DNA of 46,526 nucleotides from contig JAZDLW010000005.1 in assembly GCA_043801595.1 (NCBI GenBank), positions 1 to 46,526 of the forward strand. The letters are read 5' to 3'. The notes beneath the pieces were generated by a model, which was given only the letters and a program-made list of their open reading frames with translations, was not told the origin of the DNA and did no database searches. The DNA comes from Candidatus Aenigmatarchaeota archaeon. Lineage in GTDB: Archaea > Aenigmatarchaeota > Aenigmatarchaeia > JACPZZ01. The position numbers and the translations under genes are program-made. Below, in pieces: positions 28,523 through 38,565 of the stretch; position 1 is the first letter of the stretch, and each line of letters starts with the position of its first letter.

Positions 28523-29389
28523 TCAGTGCCCGTTACTCTTAATGAGTTCCTCGAATTTTTTGAGGTTCGGATCATCATTGACAGGTATCCAATAATTGTT
28601 CGGTATCAATATCTTACACATTTCGCCGCTCTTCGCGAGTTTTTTGAAGACCGTACTCTCATAACTGAAAACTTTCAGTTCGGTGCTTGTGAATTCGCCG
28701 AGAGCTTCGGAGCTGATCCCCCAAATACCAACGCTGGAGTCCTTCGATATGAACGGTTTTTCTACGAAGTCCGTAACTTTGCCGTTTTCGTCAATAATTT
28801 CTCCGTACGGGTAAACTGTGCCTGGCGTGCAAAGTATTGCGACTTTGAAGCCTTGGTTTATCGCCGACAGGAACACGTTGGCAAAGTCCAGCGGAAAATT
28901 TTTGTACCTGACAATCATATCGTCAGGTTGATGCCAGAGAAAATCGCCGCCGATTGCCTTGTTTTGCAAGGCGAGCTTTATTGCGCCGCCTGAACCAAGT
29001 TTTTCCGGCTCTACCGAATACAGGTTTTTTGTTCCGAAATTGGATCCGTCGCCATAATATTCCGATATGGAGTTACCGCGGTGCGTGTTATCGATAAGGA
29101 AACGGAAATTTTTGAACCCGAGGTTTCTCCACGCATCGAAGGTGTACTTGCTAAGCGGCTGCCAGTTTATCGGTATCATATGCTTTGAAAAACTGTCCCT
29201 GGTCACATGAACCAGTCTGCTTCCGGAACCGCCCATCGCAAACACGACCGGAACTTTGTTCGCTTCGGTTTTGCGATCCTCGATTTTCAAGCCCTGCCCC
29301 GGCTTGACGTAAAGATGTTCTCCGACCTGTACGTATTTCTTCTTCATCTCTTCCTCGTTTGAAATTTCCCTTAACAGTTCGTGCACCAT
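28523..29389 (-). CDS. Sugar-1-phosphate nucleotidyltransferase (NTP_transferase family)
   Basis: GG.G.RL...T....K.M.P, Y.GDGS.FG, E...LGSGGA, YG.....G....FVEKP. Confidence 0.8.
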   Translation of the reverse strand: MVHELLREISNEEEMKKKYVQVGEHLYVKPGQGLKIEDRKTEANKVPVVFAMGGSGSRLVHVTRDSFSKHMIPINWQPLSKYTFDAWRNLGFKNFRFLIDNTHRGNSISEYYGDGSNFGTKNLYSVEPEKLGSGGAIKLALQNKAIGGDFLWHQPDDMIVRYKNFPLDFANVFLSAINQGFKVAILCTPGTVYPYGEIIDENGKVTDFVEKPFISKDSSVGIWGISSEALGEFTSTELKVFSYESTVFKKLAKSGEMCKILIPNNYWIPVNDDPNLKKFEELIKSNGH

Positions 29390-29475
29390 GCGGATTCCTT
29401 GTAAATCTTTATCACCGTTGTTATTAAAACGTTTAAGTCGTCCCTCTTTTATATTTCAGAATTCATAGTGTGCGT

Positions 29476-31971
29476 ATGAAATTGGAGCTTGGCGACCTTG
29501 TTCCGTTGGCAGCGATTGTCGTGTTTTTCGCAGCCTTTGGCGTAAACGCGGCGGGTATGGCAATAGCGTTGCTGCCGGGTTTCCTGTTTTCGTATTTCCT
29601 GATAGAATGCAGGAAAACCGTTCGCATTCTTCTTTCAATACCGCTGACAATACTGCTCGTTCTCGTTCCGACGTGGGCATTGAACATTTTTTCATTTCCT
29701 GTGAACGGGCCTGTGCTGGTTTTCATATCAGTTGCGTATTCCGCAGTGTTCGCCGCGCTGTTGAAAAAGTCAAAGGTAAAAATCGGCCTCAAAAGCGTTA
29801 TCGGTATTGATACGGCTTTGTTAATCGTCTTGGCTGCATCTGCGGTTTTGATAACGTACCCGTTGCACAGCGGTTTATTGCCGCGCACGGACGGCTCTTC
29901 GCACTATTACAAAATATGGCAGATAACGGAATCGTTGAATAATGCTAACCAGATACCATTTTGGGATTCAGGGTGGTATGCCGGTTATCCGCTTTTTGAT
30001 TTTTATCCGCCGATGTCGCATTACGTCACAGCGTTCATGAGTTATTTCATCCCCGCCGACCTGAACATAGTCTTCGATTACGCCATGATTACAGCCTATG
30101 TATTCCTTGCCATTGGTGTGTTTGTCCTGTGCCGTGCGCTGGGGCTCAACGCGTTTTCTAGCTTTTTATCGGGCTTGATTGCCGTAGCGTCGCCGAGATT
30201 GTCGACAAACGCGATGTTTTCCGGTCAATTCCCAACGATAATGGCGTTCGCGCTGGTTCCCATATCTGTTTATGTTTTCATCAGGGCGTTCACCGAGAAA
30301 AAAACAGGGTTGTACCTGCTGTCCGGAATTCTCCTAGGCGTGGATTTTTTAATACATCATCTAACCGGATATTTTCTGGGAATACTGTTCTTAGTTTCTT
30401 TTCTCACGCTCGCCCTGAAAAGGGGCGCGGATGTTTTGGGTTTTTTGAAGATCACGCTTTCGGCCGCGCTTATAGTGGCGTTTTGGCTGGTGCCGTTCTT
30501 CATAAACATGCCGTTCAGCGACTACTCCAAAAAAACGGTTCTCGGTTTCAACCCGGATGTTTTCTTGGCCCTCACGGAAAGCCCGGACAAAGCCTGCTCG
30601 GATTTCTATTGTTTTGAGGCCATGGGATTGGAACTCACGCTTCTGGCCTTGGTGGGTGGCCTTGTCTGGTTGTCCGGTCTGGCAATCGGCAAAGGAAAAT
30701 TATACATATCACCGCGCATGGAACTTGGGTCCGTGTTCACGGTGTCAATGTTTCTAGGTGTGTTGGTCCTTGCCTTGGCGCCGTTCATAGGCATAACCAA
30801 TTACATACCGTTCGGGTCCTCTTTCGGTTCGGAAAGGTTCACTTTCTACCTGATGCTCCCGATCGCTATACTGGGCGGCGCAATCGCGGAAATTGCCAAC
30901 GGTTTCAAAAACAAGGAATTCGTGGTTGCTGGCATCGTTGTCTCCTTAGTCGTCGCGGTGTTTTTGTGGAGGTACATAGATCTCGTGAACTTCCGCGCGG
31001 CGGATTGGAACACAGAAACCGCGCCTTTGAGTTCTAGCGGTTTGTCCGATCTTTACTCCGAGCTGCGATCGCTGCCCGCAGGGCGCGTCATAACGTACGG
31101 TATTTTTCAAGGTGCAATCGTCGCGGCAATACCTGTGCAGACCGGCAAGGGGGCAATATCCGGCTGGCAGCCGCAAAGCTCTCCAAACTACAAACGCGTC
31201 GCAGGAAAGCTGGAAGACATCAGCGGACAGAGCCTTTTCAACTTCAATGTTTCGAGCAGGTCCGTGTATTCCATATACCAGCAAAGCTGGACAAAATGGA
31301 TCGCGATAAATCTCTGCAGCAACGAGGGTGCCAATGCTGTAAATTCCACATTCATCAAAGACGAGAGATATCTTTTCGCGTGGCGCAACGGCAACAATCA
31401 GGGCTGTCTCGTTATTCTCGAAACGCCGAACACCGAATTCGCGGAATCAATAAAGCCCATTGGAGTTGTAAATGACGCACAGTCCATAAAAGACAGCATC
31501 TACGATACGGAGAACGGTTACAACGTGTATTTCACAAGACGCGTATCCGACATTCCGATAAACGACTACAAGCTGGTTATAAACAAGGACGTGATATGGG
31601 ATGAAAGTCTCGCGAACGATATAGCGTCGATCGCGTCGTCCGAACCGAAACCGTTGACGTGGCAAAGAAACGAAAACGGCATAACAATCAGCAACACAAC
31701 AGGCTGGACCCTGATAAAGGAAACATACTACCCGCTTTGGTCTGCGTACAACAACAACAAAAAACTCAAGATATACGAGAGCGATCTGGGCTTCATGCTC
31801 GTTAATTCAACCGGCGACCTCCAATTAAAAATCGAAAAACCCGTTTATTACCTTGCGTCGGCGGCAATAACGCTCGCGTTCTTTATTCTTATTTTATTTT
31901 TCACTTTGTCAGGCAAACCTGCCTCGCATAATCCCGACAAGGAACCTGATGCCGTCCTTAATAGGCCTTAA
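29476..31971 (+). CDS. Large GT-C-like membrane protein (PTPS-related/YfhO-like)
   Basis: D...H, W...WYAGYP.F.FYPP, L.H, AFWL.P and C-terminal KETYYP.W..Y motifs. Confidence 0.75.
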   Translation: MKLELGDLVPLAAIVVFFAAFGVNAAGMAIALLPGFLFSYFLIECRKTVRILLSIPLTILLVLVPTWALNIFSFPVNGPVLVFISVAYSAVFAALLKKSKVKIGLKSVIGIDTALLIVLAASAVLITYPLHSGLLPRTDGSSHYYKIWQITESLNNANQIPFWDSGWYAGYPLFDFYPPMSHYVTAFMSYFIPADLNIVFDYAMITAYVFLAIGVFVLCRALGLNAFSSFLSGLIAVASPRLSTNAMFSGQFPTIMAFALVPISVYVFIRAFTEKKTGLYLLSGILLGVDFLIHHLTGYFLGILFLVSFLTLALKRGADVLGFLKITLSAALIVAFWLVPFFINMPFSDYSKKTVLGFNPDVFLALTESPDKACSDFYCFEAMGLELTLLALVGGLVWLSGLAIGKGKLYISPRMELGSVFTVSMFLGVLVLALAPFIGITNYIPFGSSFGSERFTFYLMLPIAILGGAIAEIANGFKNKEFVVAGIVVSLVVAVFLWRYIDLVNFRAADWNTETAPLSSSGLSDLYSELRSLPAGRVITYGIFQGAIVAAIPVQTGKGAISGWQPQSSPNYKRVAGKLEDISGQSLFNFNVSSRSVYSIYQQSWTKWIAINLCSNEGANAVNSTFIKDERYLFAWRNGNNQGCLVILETPNTEFAESIKPIGVVNDAQSIKDSIYDTENGYNVYFTRRVSDIPINDYKLVINKDVIWDESLANDIASIASSEPKPLTWQRNENGITISNTTGWTLIKETYYPLWSAYNNNKKLKIYESDLGFMLVNSTGDLQLKIEKPVYYLASAAITLAFFILILFFTLSGKPASHNPDKEPDAVLNRP

Positions 31972-32634
31972 TTTCGTTTTTCCTACGCGCGGATAATACT
32001 CGATAGGAATTTCTCGTACGTTGTATCCTGCGCGCAGCACCCTTGTGGTCATCTCAACCTCCCAATCAAGACCACTTGATTTTATCCTGATCTTATCAAG
32101 GATCTTTTTCCTGAAAACACGCAGGCCTGTGGAGCCGTCGGTTATTTTTTTGCCCGCCAGCGCTGAAATTAGGGATGAAAAAAACGCGTTGCCGTAAAAA
32201 TTCGAGTAATCGCTGCTTCGCATCCCTGCTAGCGATGCAAGTGCCCTGTACGCTGCGCCGGCAATTGTGTTTAGGCCGCGCTTTCTATTGAAAAAACGCG
32301 ACCCGAGAATCATGTCTTCGCCTGATCGCACGAGTTTTAGCATTTCCGGAATATCCTCGGGCGGGTACGTACAGTCTGCATCTATTGTCGCGACAACATC
32401 GCCCTTTGCAGCGTTGAACCCTGTTTTCAACGCAGCCGCCTTTCCCATATTTTTTTTGTGCCTGATAATTCTTATTTTTCTGATTTTTTTCGCTTCTCCG
32501 TAGGTGTTATCCGCGGAACCATCATCGACAACTATTATCTCGGCCTTCTCCGGAAAACGGACCTTCTTCACGCGCTCAACGGTTTTTCGTATGCCCTTTT
32601 CCTCGTTGTACGCCGGAACTATGATTGATATCAC
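31909..32634 (-). CDS. GT2 glycosyltransferase, DPM1-like
   Basis: IVPAYNEE, VDDGS.D.T, N.GK..A, DADCTYP, GSRF, D..TG.R, E.PI.Y..R.G..KL. Confidence 0.92.
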   Translation of the reverse strand: MISIIVPAYNEEKGIRKTVERVKKVRFPEKAEIIVVDDGSADNTYGEAKKIRKIRIIRHKKNMGKAAALKTGFNAAKGDVVATIDADCTYPPEDIPEMLKLVRSGEDMILGSRFFNRKRGLNTIAGAAYRALASLAGMRSSDYSNFYGNAFFSSLISALAGKKITDGSTGLRVFRKKILDKIRIKSSGLDWEVEMTTRVLRAGYNVREIPIEYYPRVGKTKLRPIKDGIRFLVGIMRGRFA

Positions 32635-32684
32635 TCGATCATTCCTCTCGTTTTTATATGTTATGATTATTTTGTATAATAAGT

Positions 32685-34532
32685 ATGGTCGTCGCGTTTA
32701 TTCTGGCAATACTTTCCGCGTTTATGATCAGCCGGACGCTTATCGCGGATAAATACAGCTATGAGCGACTGTTCGTATCGCTGGTTTTATCATTCGTGAT
32801 CTTGTTCGTTTCAGGTGTGCTGCTCAATTTTTTAGGCCAGATAAATTATCTTGCCCTGATAGCCGTGAATGCCGTTTTTCTGGCAGCGCTGTTTTACAAA
32901 TACAAAACGCTGGAACTGGACCTGCCAAAACTGGATCTTGTCGATATCGCCGTTATCGTCGTGTTTTTGCTCGCTCTGGTAATAAGAGCCGCTCCCGCCT
33001 TTTCCGATCCGATGCCGTTCGGAAGCTACGACATAATACAGCATTACGCCATGGCGATGGAAACGTACGAACGCGGTTCGGTTCCGAACGATTTTCCAAA
33101 ATACCTGAACTGGTTCGGAACATCTCAGGACAACGTTAACGGCGTCTGGGTTTATCCGCCAGGTACGGCAATAATGATGGCCACACTCAAGGCCGCGTTC
33201 GGATTTTCGTGGCCGTTCACAATATATTTCTTCTCTGCGCTGCTCGATGCGCTTACTGCGATAATTATTTATCTCTTCGCCGGAACAATACTAAAAAGCA
33301 AGGGCGTCGGCCTTGTCGCGGCGTCCTTGTTCGCAATATCCGGTAAAAATCTTTATTCGCTCTACTTCGGACAGGTTGCGTACGAATTCGGAATAATGCT
33401 TGCGGCGTTCGCGTTATTCGCTTTCGCTGTTGGCAGGGCTCACCAAAAATTCGTTTTATTATCAGGTATCGCAGGCGGACTGTCGTTTATAGTATCGCCT
33501 CTCGCAGCAGGCTATTTTCTTTTTGCCTCCTTCTTCATTTCGTTGTACGGCTCCCTGAAAGCCAAAAAAATCTCACATATGAAGGAATTCACTTTTGTGG
33601 TCGTTCTATCCGTAATCGTATCGTTGTTTTTCCTGCCGAAATTCGCGATGTGGTTTTCATTTTTCGGGGCAAAATCAACAGCGGACGCATTCAACCCTGC
33701 CGATCTTGTGTGGCCGTTCAAAATGATCGAGAAACAACCAGGATTACCTGGCTGGTACTTTGATCCGCTCACAACAATGGGATCTGCTTGGCTCGTTCTC
33801 TTGGTTGCTGGTTTGGCGTTGCTTGCATTCACAAAATTCGAGGGAAGAGGCGTTGTTGCTGCGTGGTTCGTCGCGGATTACATACTAACGCACTCCTACC
33901 TTGTGTGGGGTCCGCTCGGTTACAGCATTCTCTATGATTACGCTGGCAGGTGGATGGCGCAGTCTTCCGTTATCCTTGCCCTGATCGCCGGTCTGGCCGG
34001 AATGTATTTTTTCTCGAACAAAAACAACAAATTAAAAATATCAGCTTCTGAGGGAATTTCGCTCGCGTTGGTTATCGCAACCGTAATTGTTTTGATTTAT
34101 GCGCCGGAAAAGCTCGTAACAGCGTCTGGCATTTACGCACAGCCGTACAGGATGTCGCCCGACATGTACAGCGTGCTTCCTGAAATAAGGCAGGACACAA
34201 AACCGCTCTCAGCAATACTCGTGCTCAGCCCGAGTGTGCAGGCTGCCGACGAACGAAGAGGGCTGATAGAGGCATTCTCAAAAACACGCGTTTACACGCA
34301 GCCGCAGGTCTCCAACAACACGCTTAACCTTGAATACGTTCACAACTACACAACAGGCTCGATAACATACAACACACGTTACATAATGTTCGACTACGGC
34401 GGTTTTGCAAAGTCGTCGCAGTTTTCATCCTACGTGCAGGGAATGACAAACTTCGAAAAATCACTTTTCAGTGGAAAGGCACCGGATTTCGTTAGCGGTG
34501 ACGTCAGGGTTTACAAAATAGGAACTGCCTGA
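32685..34532 (+). CDS. Polytopic membrane protein, putative GT-C glycosyltransferase
   Basis: P...YD...H and YPPG luminal-loop motifs; >12 TM; C-terminal soluble domain ending VYKI. Confidence 0.65.
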   Translation: MVVAFILAILSAFMISRTLIADKYSYERLFVSLVLSFVILFVSGVLLNFLGQINYLALIAVNAVFLAALFYKYKTLELDLPKLDLVDIAVIVVFLLALVIRAAPAFSDPMPFGSYDIIQHYAMAMETYERGSVPNDFPKYLNWFGTSQDNVNGVWVYPPGTAIMMATLKAAFGFSWPFTIYFFSALLDALTAIIIYLFAGTILKSKGVGLVAASLFAISGKNLYSLYFGQVAYEFGIMLAAFALFAFAVGRAHQKFVLLSGIAGGLSFIVSPLAAGYFLFASFFISLYGSLKAKKISHMKEFTFVVVLSVIVSLFFLPKFAMWFSFFGAKSTADAFNPADLVWPFKMIEKQPGLPGWYFDPLTTMGSAWLVLLVAGLALLAFTKFEGRGVVAAWFVADYILTHSYLVWGPLGYSILYDYAGRWMAQSSVILALIAGLAGMYFFSNKNNKLKISASEGISLALVIATVIVLIYAPEKLVTASGIYAQPYRMSPDMYSVLPEIRQDTKPLSAILVLSPSVQAADERRGLIEAFSKTRVYTQPQVSNNTLNLEYVHNYTTGSITYNTRYIMFDYGGFAKSSQFSSYVQGMTNFEKSLFSGKAPDFVSGDVRVYKIGTA

Positions 34533-34802
34533 TCATTTTTTATTGATCGCGTAAAATGCTATGGAAACCACAATGTACGAAGCAATCAATCCTGCTGCCA
34601 AATTTAAGAAAAGTATATTGTACATGTAATGCTGCGGCGACATAATAAACATCGCAACCGAACCTACGTTCGAAGACGGGCACGGCGCTCTGATGCATCT
34701 TGTCCCGTTATCGTACTCGATGAACGGCACAAAAAGAAACGCCACAACGATCACGGCTGCAATCTTTCCTATCGTGAGCTTCAAAAGTTTTGACCACTTC
34801 AT
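34533..34802 (-). CDS. Small two-TM membrane protein with CIRAPC loop motif
   Basis: 89 aa, two hydrophobic helices flanking C-I-R-A-P-C; fills the gap between neighbours. Confidence 0.65.
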   Translation of the reverse strand: MKWSKLLKLTIGKIAAVIVVAFLFVPFIEYDNGTRCIRAPCPSSNVGSVAMFIMSPQHYMYNILFLNLAAGLIASYIVVSIAFYAINKK

Positions 34803-34823
34803 AAAATAAGTACGCTCTGCCGC

Positions 34824-35924
34824 TTAAAATAGTTTCGTTTCAGCGTGCGGTTCGCGCGCAAGCACGAATTCCATGTCGCCGTATTTCGAAATCATGTTCT
34901 CGAAAAAACGGTTGCCGAATATTTTGAAAACCGCATCAATCGCCGCGTTCGGCATTTTGGAATAAATTTTTCTTAAAAACAGCCCGCGTTTTATCCCCCG
35001 TCCTATCGCTTTGTGCCATGTTTTTTCGTATATCGCAAAGAATTTTGCATCGTAACGCTTTTTTTTAATTGCATCGGCGAAAACTTTCGCAGCTATGCGC
35101 CCGCATATGGTGTTATAGATAACACCCCCTCCTGTCAGCGGTTTCGTCTGCGCAGCAGCATCTCCGACCAGTAGGACTCTGTCAGCAAAGGATTTCTGGA
35201 ATCCGAAAGGTATTATCCCGCTCGACAATTCGTATTTATCAACATTGGATTTTGCCAGAAAATTTCTGAAATTCTCTATGTTTTTCGGACCAGCTTCACC
35301 GGCTAAACCGTATTCCGTCGTCTTTCCGCGCGGGATTTTCCAGGCAAAAAAATTCGGGTAGAGCTTGTTGTCAAAATACAGGTCGACGTGTTTCGAATAA
35401 TTTTCGTCATCGGTTATTGCCATTATTCCGTTGATTTTATGCGGCGGCTTTGCTCCAATCATCTTCGCGATCGCCGAATTTGAACCGTCTGCACCGCACA
35501 GCAGTTTCGCGCCCAGCGTTTTTTTTCCTGCAGTTATCCTAATGCCGTCGCCGCCGATTTTCGTGTTCGTCGCCTTTTCACCGGTTATCATTGCAACACC
35601 GACGTCTTTCGCAATCAATGCCAAGTGTGAATCAAACTTTGCTCGATCCACGACAAACGCCACAGTCTCCTTTTTGTCGATTTCAACAACATTCCCGTTC
35701 GGCGATATCAGCCTCGCTCCGCTTACTTCGTGTTCCAAGTAATCGCTTTCGATGCCTACAAGCTTTGCAAATCTCGCAGAATACAATCCCGAACAGTGCC
35801 GCGGAAACCCTATTTTTTTGTGTTCTTCGATTACGGCAACGCTTAAACCAAGTTCGGAGCATGCGATCGCCGTATTCAAGCCGGCCGAGCCAGCGCCGAC
35901 AATGGCAACGTCGTATTCAGTCAT
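34824..35924 (-). CDS. Geranylgeranyl reductase family FAD oxidoreductase
   Basis: VGAG.AG, P.HCSG, DR..FD..L, GADG.NS, FAW.IP, LVGDAA.Q.KP.TGGG. ATG at 35924 preferred. Confidence 0.88.
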   Translation of the reverse strand: MTEYDVAIVGAGSAGLNTAIACSELGLSVAVIEEHKKIGFPRHCSGLYSARFAKLVGIESDYLEHEVSGARLISPNGNVVEIDKKETVAFVVDRAKFDSHLALIAKDVGVAMITGEKATNTKIGGDGIRITAGKKTLGAKLLCGADGSNSAIAKMIGAKPPHKINGIMAITDDENYSKHVDLYFDNKLYPNFFAWKIPRGKTTEYGLAGEAGPKNIENFRNFLAKSNVDKYELSSGIIPFGFQKSFADRVLLVGDAAAQTKPLTGGGVIYNTICGRIAAKVFADAIKKKRYDAKFFAIYEKTWHKAIGRGIKRGLFLRKIYSKMPNAAIDAVFKIFGNRFFENMISKYGDMEFVLAREPHAETKLF

Positions 35925-35960
35925 ATTTATCACTATGCATGGATATTGATAGTTGATAAT

Positions 35961-36809
35961 ATGTCTCTTGTTAACAAGACAAACTATAAATACGGCTTGT
36001 TGTTTACGCAATTTTTATTGTTGGCTGCGCTGATCATCATCGCAAACACAATACTCACCAGCGGTGACTGGGTGCACAAGGCCGTTGATCTCAGCGGTGG
36101 TACTGAGATGACATTGCGTTTCTCCGGTGCCTACGACAACACACTCGAAGAAAGCATCCTAAAAGAGTTCAATGTGCGGCCTAGCATATCGCGTAGTGCA
36201 GACGGCGGCAGCATATCACTCGCCAGCAACAACAATCTGAACACTACCAATGTAGTGGCGTTTCTCAGGCAAAACGGTTTGCAGATAGACGGTGAACCAT
36301 CTGTCCGTACAATCGGACCGGCGCTGGGTTCTTCGTTCTGGAGTCAAGCCCAGCTCGCGATCATTCTGGGTTTCGTTCTCATGGCAGTCAGCATATACTC
36401 GATTTACAGGTCTCCGGTGCCGTCCTTCGCAATAGTCTTCAGCTCAGCCTCGAACATAATAGAAACCGTGGCTATAATGAACCTTGCCGGTATGCAGCTT
36501 TCGATGGGCGGCGTCGCTGCTCTGCTAATGATGATAGGTTCCTCTGTCGATAACAATGTCGTTATGACGACAAAGTTGCTGAAAAAGGGAATCAGTTCCG
36601 AGGAATTCGATACCACATTCCACAGTTCGATGATCACTGGTCTAACAATGGGCGCAACATCATTTGCTGCGCTGGTTGCCATCGTGCTGTTTTCCCCGCA
36701 ATCCGTTATCACGCAAATCGCATCGGTTCTTATCATAGGTTCCGTACTTGACATACCGAATACATGGCTGCAGAATTCCGCGATATTGAGGTGGCACTTG
36801 CATGCTTAA
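35961..36809 (+). CDS. secF: Protein translocase subunit SecF (archaeal type)
   Basis: DL.GGT, IGP.LG..F, R...PS.A, AALLM.IG.SVD, TG.TM, D...TW..N...L.W. Confidence 0.9.
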   Translation: MSLVNKTNYKYGLLFTQFLLLAALIIIANTILTSGDWVHKAVDLSGGTEMTLRFSGAYDNTLEESILKEFNVRPSISRSADGGSISLASNNNLNTTNVVAFLRQNGLQIDGEPSVRTIGPALGSSFWSQAQLAIILGFVLMAVSIYSIYRSPVPSFAIVFSSASNIIETVAIMNLAGMQLSMGGVAALLMMIGSSVDNNVVMTTKLLKKGISSEEFDTTFHSSMITGLTMGATSFAALVAIVLFSPQSVITQIASVLIIGSVLDIPNTWLQNSAILRWHLHA

Positions 36810-38565
36810 ACTATACAAAGTATTGATACTCGTCGTGTTCGTAGCTGCCGCAATGTTGTCAATCGGCTACGGCGTTGGTAACGGCGTAACCGTTTCCGGC
36901 GGCGTCGGCCTGCTCAGGAGCGGCGGGACAATAACAGACGTCGATGGGAACAATGTCCGTAGCGTGCAGGACTGGTATGATTTTATCGCAGCAGACGGCG
37001 CCCATTTCGTAACATACAACGGGAATTCTTATGAGCTCGAATCCGCGTTACTGCGCAATGTTACTGTAAAGGACCTGAAGCGCAGCAATCTCGACATGGG
37101 TATAGATTTGCAGGGCGGCACACGCGTGATGCTCAAACCAGCGGAAAAAGTGACAGCGGAAACTGTAAACACAGCAATAATTCCTGTGCTACAAAGCAGA
37201 ATAAACGCTTACGGCCTGCAGGAGATAACGCTCCGCTCTGAATGCGACATAGAAAACTGCTTTGTTATCGTGGAAATCGGCGGTGAGAGCAAGGACATTA
37301 TCGAGCGCCTGCTTGCATCGCGCGGTAATTTCGAGGCGCGAATACCGCTGGAAGTGAAATTGTACAGGGGCACGGGAACATTTTCGCTGGGTGGTGCAAC
37401 GCACAACGTAAAGCTGTCGGGCAGCGATGTGCTTGTCGATAACAACGTAGTGATGCAGGGCGGAACCATAAACATCGAAGGAGTAGACGAACAAGTTTTG
37501 AATGCCACAAATGACTCGGTGTTTCTGTCAGCGATCGTGTTAAAGGGCAGCGACATTGAAAACGTTTTCACAGACTCGACGCGATCGGTTATACAGCGTA
37601 CCACCGACGGTTACGAATTTTCATTTTCAATACTCATATCAAAGGAAGGCGCCGAGCGTTTTGCCAAAGTAACATCTGGCATAGGTCTTGACGTGACAAG
37701 AAGGACTTATCTCGCATCGCCTATCATACTTTATCTCGACGGGAAACCGGTAACAGAGTTGAACATCGCATCAGACCTGGCAGGCCGCGTGCTAACGGAA
37801 ATATCAATACAGGGTTTCCGCCAGGACAGGCAAAGCGCGGTATCCGAACGCTCCACGCTGCAATCGATCCTTAAGGCCGGCGCGCTTCCGGTCAGCATGA
37901 ACGTTGTAAATGTCGAAAGCGTTTCTCCGAAGCTCGGAAGCGGCATACTCGATGCCGCGTTTAAGTCGGCGATATTCGCGATAATCGCTGTGTCCGCGGT
38001 TGTCTTGGTAAGGTACAGGAGCATCAAGATCGCACTGCCAATGGTGATCACGAGTGTGTGCGAAACAATAATATTGTTGGGCATAGCAGCTGGCGGCAAC
38101 GATCTTCCTTGGGTCGCTGCGTTCATAATTAACACGTCACTGATGGTGCTGGCTTACCGCAGCAAAGTGCACATCGATATTTCGGATATAATCGGCGTTG
38201 TTTTAACGCCCGCGATGGCACTGTTCCTTTCGTGGACCATGGATTTGTCCACAATCGCGGGATTCATAGCATTCCTCGGCACGGGAATAGGTCAAATGAT
38301 AATAATCTCGGATGAAATGAAAAGGGTGCACCTCGTCGAAATCTCATTTTGGGAAAAAATAAGGCGCGCATTCTCGATGATATTCGCGTCCGCGATAACA
38401 GTGGTGTCCACGATGTTTGCGTTGCTGTTCATTGGCGTCGGGATTGTCAAGGGGTTCGCGATAACAACAATGATCGGTGTTTTGGTCGGCGTGCTCGTTA
38501 CCCGCCCGGCGTACAGCCAGATTGTAGAATATTTCTTGTCGAAAAAAGAAGTCATTCTAAAATGA
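36802..38565 (+). CDS. secD: Protein translocase subunit SecD (archaeal type)
   Basis: G.DLQGGTR, R.N.YGL, G.FEA.I, L..GALP, SP.LG, RYR, GFA.TT..GV..GV..TRPAY. Confidence 0.92.
   Translation: MLKLYKVLILVVFVAAAMLSIGYGVGNGVTVSGGVGLLRSGGTITDVDGNNVRSVQDWYDFIAADGAHFVTYNGNSYELESALLRNVTVKDLKRSNLDMGIDLQGGTRVMLKPAEKVTAETVNTAIIPVLQSRINAYGLQEITLRSECDIENCFVIVEIGGESKDIIERLLASRGNFEARIPLEVKLYRGTGTFSLGGATHNVKLSGSDVLVDNNVVMQGGTINIEGVDEQVLNATNDSVFLSAIVLKGSDIENVFTDSTRSVIQRTTDGYEFSFSILISKEGAERFAKVTSGIGLDVTRRTYLASPIILYLDGKPVTELNIASDLAGRVLTEISIQGFRQDRQSAVSERSTLQSILKAGALPVSMNVVNVESVSPKLGSGILDAAFKSAIFAIIAVSAVVLVRYRSIKIALPMVITSVCETIILLGIAAGGNDLPWVAAFIINTSLMVLAYRSKVHIDISDIIGVVLTPAMALFLSWTMDLSTIAGFIAFLGTGIGQMIIISDEMKRVHLVEISFWEKIRRAFSMIFASAITVVSTMFALLFIGVGIVKGFAITTMIGVLVGVLVTRPAYSQIVEYFLSKKEVILK

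Noticed and set aside
16948-32625. Short DNA similarity between GT2 starts (CCGGCGTACAACGA at ~16952 and its reverse complement at ~32602-32615)
   Set aside because: Explained by the conserved PAYNE motif in paralogs, not a mobile-element repeat.
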